A DNA stretch of 61,622 nucleotides, filler included. It is 5 parts of 5 records of this genome, joined end to end, with 100 filler letters (N's around TTAATTAATTAA, not from the genome) between each part and the next. Parts side by side here need not be neighbours in the genome. Positions count along the whole stretch, not along the records: positions 36,270 to 46,970 come from SRR31156797_10543; positions 47,071 to 56,468 come from SRR31156797_10547; 3 more parts are not named here. The stretch is one strand, 5' to 3'. This document shows positions 39,793 through 49,145 of the stretch, piece by piece. The stretch's first letter is position 1, and each line of letters begins with the position of its first letter. The position numbers were made by a program, and so were the translations under genes. A model generated the notes under the pieces. That model was not told the DNA's origin. It worked only from the letters and a program-made list of their open reading frames with translations, and did no database searches.

Positions 39793-40544
39793 TGAAAAAA
39801 ATATTTTTACTACTTACGCTACTTTCAACAGTAGTGTTTGCAAAAGAATTAGAACTCAGCGCTACGGTTGTCTCAGATAATGAAAAGTTTATAACTAGTC
39901 GATTTATGGGGTTTATTGAAAAAGTAAATGTGAGTGAGGGAGATCGTGTAAAAAAAGGGGAGCTTCTTTACTCTATCGATTCTACTGAGATTGATAGTAA
40001 AAAAAGGCAAGCTCTTCTTGGTGTACAGATGTATGAAAATCAATATAATACCATGAAAAGAAACTATGAAAGATATAAAAGACTCTATGAAAAAGGCTTA
40101 GTTTCAAAGTTTGAAGTGGAGCAACTTGAACTTGGCACAAATAATCTAGAAGATATGATCAATATCTCAAAAGCACAGGTAAAAGAGGTAGATAATCAGT
40201 ATCAATACCTTACGATTAAAGCACCAAATGATGGGGTGATTATCAAAAAAAATATAAAAGCTGGAGAGATGGCGATCCCTGGGATGCCAGCTTTAGTTCT
40301 TACAGATCTTAGTAATTTAAAAATTACAGCAGAGATTGCTGAGAGTGATCTTTTTCAAGTGCAGTTAAATGATAAAGTGGAGATAGAGATCCCATCAATC
40401 AATTATAAAACTATAGGTAAGATTGATTCGATCATTCCAAGCTCAAACCCTATGACTCATACTTATACGATTAAAATAGGATTTGAGAGTATAGAGAAAG
40501 TTTATCCTGGAATGTATGCAAAAGTATATATCAAGGTGCCATAA
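39792..40544 (+). CDS. RND periplasmic adaptor (MFP)
   Basis: VNVSEGDRVKKGELL; IKAPNDGVI; YPGMYAKV. Confidence 0.9.
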   Translation: MKKIFLLLTLLSTVVFAKELELSATVVSDNEKFITSRFMGFIEKVNVSEGDRVKKGELLYSIDSTEIDSKKRQALLGVQMYENQYNTMKRNYERYKRLYEKGLVSKFEVEQLELGTNNLEDMINISKAQVKEVDNQYQYLTIKAPNDGVIIKKNIKAGEMAIPGMPALVLTDLSNLKITAEIAESDLFQVQLNDKVEIEIPSINYKTIGKIDSIIPSSNPMTHTYTIKIGFESIEKVYPGMYAKVYIKVP

Positions 40545-42157
40545 TGGAAGAGAAAAAACTATCCCATATAAAAGTCGTGGATATTGCAGGAAAATTAGCA
40601 AAAGCTTTTTTGTATAGTCCTCTTACAGCAGTATTAGCGGTATTTTTGATTGCTATTGGGTATCTCTCTTTAGAGGTAATGCCAAGAGAAGAGGATCCTC
40701 AGATCGCGATTAGTGGAGGGAGTATTATTGTTCCAGCTCCTGGACTTGACCCAAAAGAGATTGAAAAAATTATTGTAGAACCACTAGAGCAACGACTAAG
40801 AGAGATAAAAGGGGTAGAGCATATCTACTCAATCTCTAAAGAGAATATGGCTATTGTTAATGTGATGTATTATATTGGACAAAATAGAGAGATATCAAAT
40901 CTAAAACTCTATGACAAGGTGATGCAAAATATGGATCAGCTTCCAAAAGAGGTGATGCAACCACTTATTAAGCCATTTGATATCGATATAGATATCCCTA
41001 TTATGAATATCGCTTTTTATCAGAAAGATAATACCATAGATTATAGTAGTTTCATCAAAACTATTCAAGATCTAAAACATGAGATAAGTACTATTGAAAG
41101 TGTTTCAAAAACAGAACTAAAGGGTGCTAAAAAGAAACAATATAATGTGAATGTTGATCTTTTAAAATTAAAAGCTTATCATCTCTCTTTAGGACAAATA
41201 GTAGAAGCGATAAAATCAATCACCATAGATGTACCAAATGTGAAAACAAAAACAACGGCAAATGAGCTAGTGGTATTTGGAGTTGAAAATGCCGTGGAGA
41301 GTGTAAATGATGTGAAAAATATTATTGTGGCGAAATATATGGGAAGTCCAATATATTTAAAAGATGTAGCAAGTGTAGAAGATGGATTTAACTATCAAGA
41401 TAAAAAAAGTGTAGAGCTTGTTTTAAAAGAGCAAAGCCAAGTCAAAAGTTTTGATCAAGTGACAATGACCATTGCAAAACTTGGTGGAACCAATGCTGTA
41501 TTTGTAGCAGATGATGTAACAAAACTTTTAAGTGAATATAAAACAATGTTAAATAATAAAGGTATAGGATATGTGGTCACTAGAGATTATGGCAAAAGAG
41601 CGAATGAGGCAGTAAATGAATTGGTTCATCATCTGGTAATCACCATTTTTATTATAGCTATTATGCTTGTATTTTTCCTTGGATGGAAAGAATCTTTGAT
41701 CGTTACTTTTACAGTTCCCGCTATCTTAGCGGTAACACTTTTTATTGCTTACCTTACTGGACAAACTATAAATCGTATTACACTTTTTGCTTTTTTACTC
41801 TCCCTTGGACTTTTAGTTGATGCTGCAATTATTGTAATAGAAAATATCCACAGACATTTTCATTCCCATGAGAGTGAATCAAAAGATATTGATCAGATAC
41901 TGATCGAGGCAACAGATGAGATTGGAGCCCCTACAAATATTGCAACTCTTGCTATTATCCTTACGATGGTACCGATGGCATTTGTTGGGGGGATGATGGG
42001 AGAGTTTATGAAACCGATCCCTTTAAATGTTCCTGTGGCATTATTAGCTTCACTAGCAATTGCTTATATCTTTACTCCATATTTAAGTAGAAAGCTTTTA
42101 AAAAGAAGTGAAGATGGAGCACATAAGCATTATGTAAAAGGGGAACATAATGGGTAA
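40544..42157 (+). CDS. RND permease, N-terminal half (TM1, periplasmic domain, TM2-6)
   Basis: PREEDPQI, INRITLFA..LSLGLLVDAAIIVIEN, FVGGMMGEFMKPIP. Confidence 0.9.
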   Translation: MEEKKLSHIKVVDIAGKLAKAFLYSPLTAVLAVFLIAIGYLSLEVMPREEDPQIAISGGSIIVPAPGLDPKEIEKIIVEPLEQRLREIKGVEHIYSISKENMAIVNVMYYIGQNREISNLKLYDKVMQNMDQLPKEVMQPLIKPFDIDIDIPIMNIAFYQKDNTIDYSSFIKTIQDLKHEISTIESVSKTELKGAKKKQYNVNVDLLKLKAYHLSLGQIVEAIKSITIDVPNVKTKTTANELVVFGVENAVESVNDVKNIIVAKYMGSPIYLKDVASVEDGFNYQDKKSVELVLKEQSQVKSFDQVTMTIAKLGGTNAVFVADDVTKLLSEYKTMLNNKGIGYVVTRDYGKRANEAVNELVHHLVITIFIIAIMLVFFLGWKESLIVTFTVPAILAVTLFIAYLTGQTINRITLFAFLLSLGLLVDAAIIVIENIHRHFHSHESESKDIDQILIEATDEIGAPTNIATLAIILTMVPMAFVGGMMGEFMKPIPLNVPVALLASLAIAYIFTPYLSRKLLKRSEDGAHKHYVKGEHNG

Positions 42158-43823
42158 CTTTGAAAATTTTATACATGGAATATTAACAAGCCGATTCAAA
42201 AAAATCGTAGTAATACTCCTTACTTTTGTAGCCCTTGGAGCATCTGTGATGATGCTTCCAACAAAAATAGTTTTAGCCAAAATGCTTCCTGGAAAATCAG
42301 CAAATACCTTTAGTATTTATGTGGATACTCCAGTTGGAAGTTCAAAAGAGCAAACTATAAAAGTTACAACATGTATTTCAAGTATTTTACAACGCGAACA
42401 AGCGGTTACTGACCTTGAAGTGTTTTTAGCAAGTGGTGCGCCATTAGATTATGCTGGACTTGTAAAAGGAAGTGGTATGAAAATGGGGGAAGAGAATGCT
42501 GAAATAGTAGTTAATCTAACTGATAAGCATGAGCGAGATGAAAAATCTTTTAATATGGTACAAAGACTAAGGCCTGTTTTAGTACAGGAGTGTAGTCCTT
42601 TAGTTGATGGAACCTCTATTAAAATGATCGAGATGCCAGCAGGTCCTCCAACTTTGGCTTCAGTTGTAGTTGAAGTGTATGGAGATGATACTCAAAAGAT
42701 ACGAACAATATCGTATGAAGTAGCAGATATTTTAAAGAATACTGATGGGTTAGTTGATGTAGATGTGATGAGTGATGAACAATATACAACATATAAACTT
42801 ATCCCTAAAACTGATAAGATTAGTAGAAGTGAGCTGAGTGTTGAACAAGTCAATAAGATACTTTATCTAGGATTTGAGGGGATGGTTGTAGGAGTTAAAA
42901 ATACTATTGATAATAATGATCAAATAGGTATCTTTGTAGCTTTAAGTGAGGAGACTCAAAATATTAAAGAAAACTCAAAAGAGTTTTTACGAAATAAACT
43001 AAGTTCACTCAATCTTATGAATAAAAAAGGGATCATGGTACCTTTAACTGAAGTGATAAAAATAGAAGAAGTTCTTTCAGAACCTACTATCTATCATAAA
43101 GATTTAAGACAGTTTATCAATGTTGTAGCTGAAACTGATATGGTCTCTCAGGTCTATCCTCTTTTAGAAGCAAGAGAGAAGTTGATTGAATATTTTAGTA
43201 AAACTTATGAAGTTTCTAAGGTAGAGGGGATGAGTACTTATATGTTTGATCTTATTTTAAAAGATAAACAAGATGGATCAAAATATCTATTAAGATGGGA
43301 TGGGGAGATGAAAGTGACTCTTGATACCTTTAGAGATCTAGGGGCTGCATTTATCGCTGCACTTATTTTGATCTTTTTACTTTTAGTGATCTATTATAAG
43401 TCTTTTGCAATAAGTGGAATTATCCTTGGAGGAAGTTTTCTTTCAATCATTGGAGTAATAGTAGGGCACTGGGTAGCTGATCTAGTGACCACTGAGACAT
43501 TCTTTTTAACTGCCACCTCACTTATAGGGTTTATTGCCTTGATGGGGATAAGTTCAAGAAACTCATTATTACTTATAGATTTTACAAAAGCTTTAATTGA
43601 AAATGAGAAGATGGAAAAACAGCGTGCCATAGCAGTGGCTACAAAAACAAGAGCAAAGCCTATTATTTTAACAGCTATTGCTATTATCTTAGGGTCATCA
43701 CTCCTTGCAAGTGATCCTATTTTTGGAGGACTAGGAGTTGCTCTTATCTCAGGAACGGTAGCTGCTGTTATTGTTTCACTTGTTTTTGTACCAGTATTAA
43801 TGGACAATACAAAAGCGATATGA
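42150..43823 (+). CDS. RND permease, C-terminal half (TM7, periplasmic domain, TM8-12)
   Basis: KMLPGK, PAGPPT, WDGE, GFIALMGISSRNSLLLIDF, RAKPIILTA. Confidence 0.9.
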   Translation: MGNFENFIHGILTSRFKKIVVILLTFVALGASVMMLPTKIVLAKMLPGKSANTFSIYVDTPVGSSKEQTIKVTTCISSILQREQAVTDLEVFLASGAPLDYAGLVKGSGMKMGEENAEIVVNLTDKHERDEKSFNMVQRLRPVLVQECSPLVDGTSIKMIEMPAGPPTLASVVVEVYGDDTQKIRTISYEVADILKNTDGLVDVDVMSDEQYTTYKLIPKTDKISRSELSVEQVNKILYLGFEGMVVGVKNTIDNNDQIGIFVALSEETQNIKENSKEFLRNKLSSLNLMNKKGIMVPLTEVIKIEEVLSEPTIYHKDLRQFINVVAETDMVSQVYPLLEAREKLIEYFSKTYEVSKVEGMSTYMFDLILKDKQDGSKYLLRWDGEMKVTLDTFRDLGAAFIAALILIFLLLVIYYKSFAISGIILGGSFLSIIGVIVGHWVADLVTTETFFLTATSLIGFIALMGISSRNSLLLIDFTKALIENEKMEKQRAIAVATKTRAKPIILTAIAIILGSSLLASDPIFGGLGVALISGTVAAVIVSLVFVPVLMDNTKAI

Positions 43824-44410
43824 GATGTTTAAGTTGTGAAAACATCTCATACCAAGCTATTTGCAAATCGTGTCAAAAAAATCTTTTAGAGCCATCTTTT
43901 TATAAAAGAGAGATATCAAAAGATTTTTTTGTCTATAGTTTTTATCAACTTGAGGACATAAAAGAATTAATCAATACAAAGTATCATTTTTTTGGAGATA
44001 GAGTCTATACAATTTTAGGAAAATTAGCCTTTAAAAAGTTTGCTGATAATTTTCAATATGATAACAATGTATTAGCAATACCAGTAGATGATCATACAAG
44101 ACATCAATTTTCTCATACCGCTATCTTAGCAAGATTTCTAAGATCAAAAAATATTACACCACTTTATAATACACTTAAAGCAACAAATATTGTTAAATAT
44201 GCTGGAAAAAGTTTAGACTTTAGAAAAAACAATAAAAGAGCTTTCCAATATCTAGGAGATAAAAAACATGATATTATTTTAGTAGATGATGTAGTTACAA
44301 CTGGAACGACTCTTCTAGAAGCAAAAATAGTGCTAGAAAAAGAGCAATGCAATCCCCTATTTGCTTTAACGCTATGTGATGCAAAAGATGAAAAGGTTCG
44401 GGCTAACTAG
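43820..44410 (+). CDS. comF: ComF-family phosphoribosyltransferase-like protein
   Basis: CxxC...CxxC zinc ribbon; ILVDDVVTTGTT. Confidence 0.85.
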   Translation: MRCLSCENISYQAICKSCQKNLLEPSFYKREISKDFFVYSFYQLEDIKELINTKYHFFGDRVYTILGKLAFKKFADNFQYDNNVLAIPVDDHTRHQFSHTAILARFLRSKNITPLYNTLKATNIVKYAGKSLDFRKNNKRAFQYLGDKKHDIILVDDVVTTGTTLLEAKIVLEKEQCNPLFALTLCDAKDEKVRAN

Positions 44411-44711
44411 CCTCTTTTACACTTCCTCCAGCTGATGATAAAGTATCAAAAAATGCCCCTGTTGAACCAATGTTAGAATTAAGGTTTTTATCATTCATAT
44501 ATGAGCTAAATGTAAAATCACTCTCTTTAAAGAAAGGCTCTTTTTTCTCATAAGTAGAATTGTTTGAAGACTCTTGTGAAGCTTCAGTTTCTTTTTCTTC
44601 TTCTTGATACTCTATTGTAGGAGTAAGTGCCTCGATCATACTTAACATATAACCATCTTTTTTATCCATATAGATTTGTGATTGGATATCTGGTGTTAGA
44701 TTTACAGTCAT
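44403..44711 (-). CDS. Hypothetical acidic protein
   Basis: Strong AGGAGG RBS; 102-aa ORF in an AT-rich genome. Confidence 0.65.
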   Translation of the reverse strand: MTVNLTPDIQSQIYMDKKDGYMLSMIEALTPTIEYQEEEKETEASQESSNNSTYEKKEPFFKESDFTFSSYMNDKNLNSNIGSTGAFFDTLSSAGGSVKEAS

Positions 44712-44888
44712 GACTTCTTACCTCCTTTATATTTTCTTATACTAATTATATCAAAAAAATAGAATTTAAGTCAAGTTTAATATATATGTAAGAAAATATT
44801 AAAGTAATTTTCTGTAAAGAGGTGCGTTAACCAAATATAATGGTTATTTTAAGTATAATGTGACATTTTAAAAGAAGGTTATAAAAGA

Positions 44889-45497
44889 TTGGTAGCAATA
44901 ATTGATTATAATATGGGAAACCTAGCAAGTGTATTTAATGCTTGCAAACTACTTGACACAGAAGCAACGATCGTTTCAGACCCAGAAAAACTTAAAAACT
45001 TTGGAAGAGTGATACTTCCTGGAGTTGGTGCTTTCGGTGATGCCATGGAGCATTTAAGAGAAACTGGAATGGAAGATGCTGTAAAAGAGTATGCTAAAAG
45101 CGGAAAACCTATGATAGGGATTTGTTTAGGGATGCAACTTTTATTTGAAAGCTCTAAAGAGTTTGGTGAGCATAAGGGACTTGAACTGATCCCTGGAGAT
45201 ATCGTACCATTTGATAAAACCAGAATGGACATGGATGATCATAAAGTACCTCACGTGGGATGGAATAAACTTTTCAATATTGATGATAAACTTTTTTCAG
45301 GGTTAAAAGACCCATATCTTTATTTTGTACACTCATATCATGCAGTAACTGAAGAGAAGTATACGATAGGAACTACACACTATGGGTATGATTTTGTAAG
45401 TGCAGTAAAAAAAGATAATATCTATGGGTTCCAGCCACATCCAGAAAAATCACATGAGAATGGGATACAGATACTAAAGAATTTTATAGGTCTTTAA
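44889..45497 (+). CDS. hisH: Imidazole glycerol phosphate synthase glutaminase subunit
   Basis: IDYNMGNL, LPGVGAF, GICLGMQ, YFVHSY, QPHPEKS. Confidence 0.97.
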   Translation: MVAIIDYNMGNLASVFNACKLLDTEATIVSDPEKLKNFGRVILPGVGAFGDAMEHLRETGMEDAVKEYAKSGKPMIGICLGMQLLFESSKEFGEHKGLELIPGDIVPFDKTRMDMDDHKVPHVGWNKLFNIDDKLFSGLKDPYLYFVHSYHAVTEEKYTIGTTHYGYDFVSAVKKDNIYGFQPHPEKSHENGIQILKNFIGL

Positions 45498-45499
45498 AA

Positions 45500-46513
45500 T
45501 TGTATTTAGTTTATGCTGATGAAACAGGGACAAATTTTAGTGAAAAGAGTCCATATTTACTTTATGGTGGATTAGTGGTTCATGAATCTAAAGTAAATAT
45601 TTTAGAATCACAGCTTGAACAAATGATTGCAAAGTTCTTAAGACTTGATGATATAAGAAAAGTAGAACTGCATACAAGTGAGATTTTTCATATACTATTT
45701 ACAGAAAACTTTGATTGTGAAACAAAAAGAAAACAAAAAGATAAAAAATATTGTAAAGGTTTAAAAGAATTATTAAAAGATGTGACAGTTGATGATTTTA
45801 TTTCATTCACAGACGAATTGGTACAGTTCTTAACTAAAATGAATATTCCATTGATGGTTTCAGTAGTAAATAAAATGGATGATATTCATCAGAAGCATAG
45901 ACTTAATAGTGAAGTAAGTGCAATATCATATTCTTTTAAAATGTTTTTAAATAGTATTGATCGATTGATGTCTTCAAAAAATGAAAAAGCACTTTTAATA
46001 GTTGATGACTTTTCAGGTCAAATACCTGTGAAAATTAGAAATCTTCCTTTATATGAAAGAATTAAAGATGAGCATATTACAGCTAAAAATGGTGCTATTA
46101 AAGAATTAGTGATATTGAGAACTTTAAGTGAGTCCATGAACTGGAAAACTACAGTAACAAAAGAGTTTGAAAATATTGCCCCTTTAAAGTATGAATTTGA
46201 ATCAAAAAGTTTGTTTTTAGTTGATAATATAAATTATACAAATTCAAAAGATTCTGTTTTAAATCAAGTTGCTGATTTTATGCTTTTTATCTTGCGCAAA
46301 GTTATAGAAGTATATAAAATGCCAACAATAGTTAATAATGAAAATGTGATTAAATTAGTAAATACAATTGATAGTAGCTTGTTATTTTCAATGGGTAAGG
46401 ATGATATTTTATTAATGACATTAGATAGTGAAAAAATGGATATTAATTTCATGAGTGGTACTTTTGCAAAGTTAAGTAAAAGTACTAAAGATATTGTAGA
46501 TGTAATTGAATAA
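45500..46513 (+). CDS. DUF3800-family protein
   Basis: N-terminal YADETG (DE motif), ELH, LIVDD, C-terminal SKDS..NQVADF (QxxD motif). Confidence 0.85.
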   Translation: MYLVYADETGTNFSEKSPYLLYGGLVVHESKVNILESQLEQMIAKFLRLDDIRKVELHTSEIFHILFTENFDCETKRKQKDKKYCKGLKELLKDVTVDDFISFTDELVQFLTKMNIPLMVSVVNKMDDIHQKHRLNSEVSAISYSFKMFLNSIDRLMSSKNEKALLIVDDFSGQIPVKIRNLPLYERIKDEHITAKNGAIKELVILRTLSESMNWKTTVTKEFENIAPLKYEFESKSLFLVDNINYTNSKDSVLNQVADFMLFILRKVIEVYKMPTIVNNENVIKLVNTIDSSLLFSMGKDDILLMTLDSEKMDINFMSGTFAKLSKSTKDIVDVIE

Positions 46514-46573
46514 AAAAGAGAGAGTCTAGGCAAAAACTACCAACCGCAAAAACTACGGCAACTCTCTCGGAGT
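46512..46573 (-). ncRNA. Candidate ~60-nt structured RNA convergent with the DUF3800 gene
   Basis: Minus strand: TATAAT, then GAGAGAGU...ACUCUCUC closing two GUAGUUUUUGC stem-loops, then U6. Confidence 0.65.
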
Positions 46574-46579
46574 AATTTA

Positions 46580-46585
46580 ATTATA
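46580..46585 (-). promoter_or_regulatory. -10 box for the candidate RNA
   Basis: ATTATA on + is TATAAT on -, 11 nt before the closing stem; the region is AT-rich. Confidence 0.5.
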
Positions 46586-46625
46586 TAAAGTCTAATATTA
46601 AAATTAAATAAAAGGAAAAATGTAA

Positions 46626-46970
46626 ATGGATATATTACCAGCAATTGATCTAAAAGATGGAAAAGCAGTAAGGCTCAGCAAAGGGCTTATGGATAGTGCA
46701 AAAATATATAGTGATGAGCCTTGGCAGGTTGCAAAAAGATTTGAAGAACTTGGGAGCAAGTGGGTGCATGTGGTGGATCTTAATGGTGCGTTTGCAGGAG
46801 AGCCAGCAAACTTAGAGCAGATCAAAAAAATAAGAGAAAACTGTAATCTAAAAGTTGAACTTGGTGGTGGAATCAGAGATGAAGAGACTATCAAGATGTA
46901 TCTTGAATTAGGTGTAGATAGATTGATCCTTGGATCGATCGCTGTAAAAGATCCACAGTTTGTAAAAGAT
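46626..46970 (+). CDS. hisA: HisA isomerase, truncated by the contig end
   Basis: [30 protein letters not shown]. Confidence 0.96.
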
Positions 46971-47070
46971 NNNNNNNNNNNNNNNNNNNNNNNNNNNNNN
47001 NNNNNNNNNNNNNNTTAATTAATTAANNNNNNNNNNNNNNNNNNNNNNNNNNNNNNNNNNNNNNNNNNNN
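46971..47070. other. Artificial contig linker
   Basis: Same spacer; GC content jumps across it. Confidence 0.98.
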
Positions 47071-48436
47071 TCAGGTTGAATTCGTCCGGTTCCACCCCGG
47101 CGGGATTGATGATCTCTCCCTTTTCCACCAGGGGATGGAAATCGTCCATCAAAAGGACATTGGTCCACTCCAGTCCCTTTGCCTTATGGGCCGTGGTCAG
47201 GATGATGCCCGCGTCTTCAACTTCCACGGCCCGGTCCGTTATCCGGTCCACCAGGCTCGGGATGCGGGAGGTGTATTTTTCCACCATGGCGCACAGGCTC
47301 ATCAGTTCAAGGTCCTCCACCGCCCTGGCATAGGATCTCAATGCCGTAAAGTCGTCAAAACTTCGGATATAGGGATCGGTTATCCTGTCGGACGCATTAT
47401 TGAATAGGTGGTATACATCCTTGAGAAGGGTGAGCCGGTAGCCGCTGACGCCGCCGACAAACCCGATCTTGTGCTTTGGGTACAGCTGGACCGCCTTGTC
47501 AAACACACCGGCATTGGTCCGGGCGATGATGGTGTAACGGCCCGGATCCCATTTGGGCTTTTGCTCCCGCCGGACCGGGGTGCCGATGATCTTTCGTTTT
47601 TCCCCTTTGAATTTCCTGAGCACCATGTTGGCCACCCTGGCGATATTGTTGTCAAACCGGAAGCTATGGGTCAGGTATTGGGTATGGGATGCCTGGAGCT
47701 GGTTCAGGGTGTCCCGGGCCCCCCGGAAACTGTATATCTGCTGGTTGCCGTCCCCCACCAGGATGATGGCCGCAGGCGGCCTGTTACGGCCCGGGGGCGT
47801 CCCGGCCTGGGAAAACACGATGGCGCTGGTGACCGGGTTGATGTCCTGGGCTTCGTCCAGCAGAATGCAGTCATAGTTCAGGACCGGGCTGGATAACTGG
47901 TACAATTTCAAATATCCGTCATGGAGCATGCCGACGGTCTCATCCGATCCGTCGCACATGAGCCGTCCCAGCCGGTTGGCAAGGTCCACAAGGTCGGGCA
48001 TCCGGTTGTCGTAAAATGCCATTGCCTTGGCCGGAATATGGCGGCGGGCCACCTTGGGGTCCGCCGATACCAGGTAATTGTACAGGGTATCCATGGCGAA
48101 CCGGGCGTCCTCATAGCTCGAAAGGTTCAGGGCTTCCATCACCTGGTTGGCCCGGAATCCCGGCACCAGCCGCTCCTTGTATTGAAATCCTTTTTCCCTG
48201 AACGCCAGGGCATGGGAGGTGCGGGCCGTCACATTGGGCGGAAATTTCCGGGCCGCCTCCAGTTGAACGCTCTTGTTAAAGGCAATGTACAGAAACCGCA
48301 TCCAGGGCCTTGCCTTTGCGTACTCCACCAGGGTTGTGGTTTTGCCGGTGCCGGCAAAGGCCTTTATCTTCAGGATTTCTCCCGGCCGAAGATCACAGGC
48401 AATGATCTTTTTTTGTTCGCTGGTAAGTTGAAGCAT
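47071..48436 (-). CDS. Compact UvrD-like SF1 helicase, 3'-truncated
   Basis: AFAGTGKTTT, YIAFNK, LLDEAQD, VGDGNQQIYSFRGA, SFRF, TAHKAKGLEW. Confidence 0.92.
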
Positions 48437-48596
48437 TGGGGATCTTGATTATTCAGTGGTCAGATGACATTCGTAAAAAAACATTTTTATTTCCATGGCG
48501 GCCTTTAAATCATATATTGCATCCCATGGAAAGAGAAAGTTCAATCTTGTTTTTAATTGATTCAGGTCGTATCCCTGAATCTGAAAGGTACCAAAG

Positions 48597-49067
48597 ATGA
48601 ATGAAAATGATTTGAGATTAATCCGGGCCGCCATCGAGATTGCGGGACGCGCCAGAAAGAATGGGAATGAGCCCTTTGGCGCGTTGCTTGCCGACGAAAA
48701 CGGCAATATCCTCATGGAAGCTGAAAATACCATTATTACGGAAAAAGATTGCACCGGCCATGCGGAAGCCAACTTGATGCGACAGGCGTCCCGTAAATAT
48801 GACCCTGAGTTCCTCGCAGAATGCACCCTTTACACCAGTACGGAGCCTTGCCCCATGTGTGCTGGGGCTATTTTCTGGGGGAATGTGAGGCGGGTGGTAT
48901 ATGGTTTGAGCGAAGAGGGTCTTTATGGGATGATGGGGTCGGATGAAGAGGAAGTGTTACTGCTTCCCTGCCGGGAAATCCTGGTCCGGGGCAAAAAGCC
49001 CATTGAAGTGATCGGGCCTGTCCTTGAAGAAGAAGCCCAAAAGGTACATGAAGGGTTCTGGCAATAA
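48597..49067 (+). CDS. Zn-dependent nucleoside/nucleobase deaminase
   Basis: PFGA, HAE, STEPCPMC. Confidence 0.9.
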   Translation: MNENDLRLIRAAIEIAGRARKNGNEPFGALLADENGNILMEAENTIITEKDCTGHAEANLMRQASRKYDPEFLAECTLYTSTEPCPMCAGAIFWGNVRRVVYGLSEEGLYGMMGSDEEEVLLLPCREILVRGKKPIEVIGPVLEEEAQKVHEGFWQ

Positions 49068-49115
49068 GCGCCCTGTTTCCAAGTGTCCGGGGAAAAGGGC
49101 TTTAGCTTTAGTCAC

Positions 49116-49137
49116 GTGGCCGTTTCGCAACGGCCAC
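49116..49137. terminator. Hairpin between convergent genes
   Basis: GTGGCCGTT-TCGC-AACGGCCAC. Confidence 0.65.
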
Positions 49138-49145
49138 AACGTTTT

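Noticed and set aside
46530-46556. 11-bp direct repeat as a mini-CRISPR or target-site duplication
   Set aside because: Only two copies 5 nt apart, no cas genes, and they do not flank an element. Better explained as twin RNA arms.
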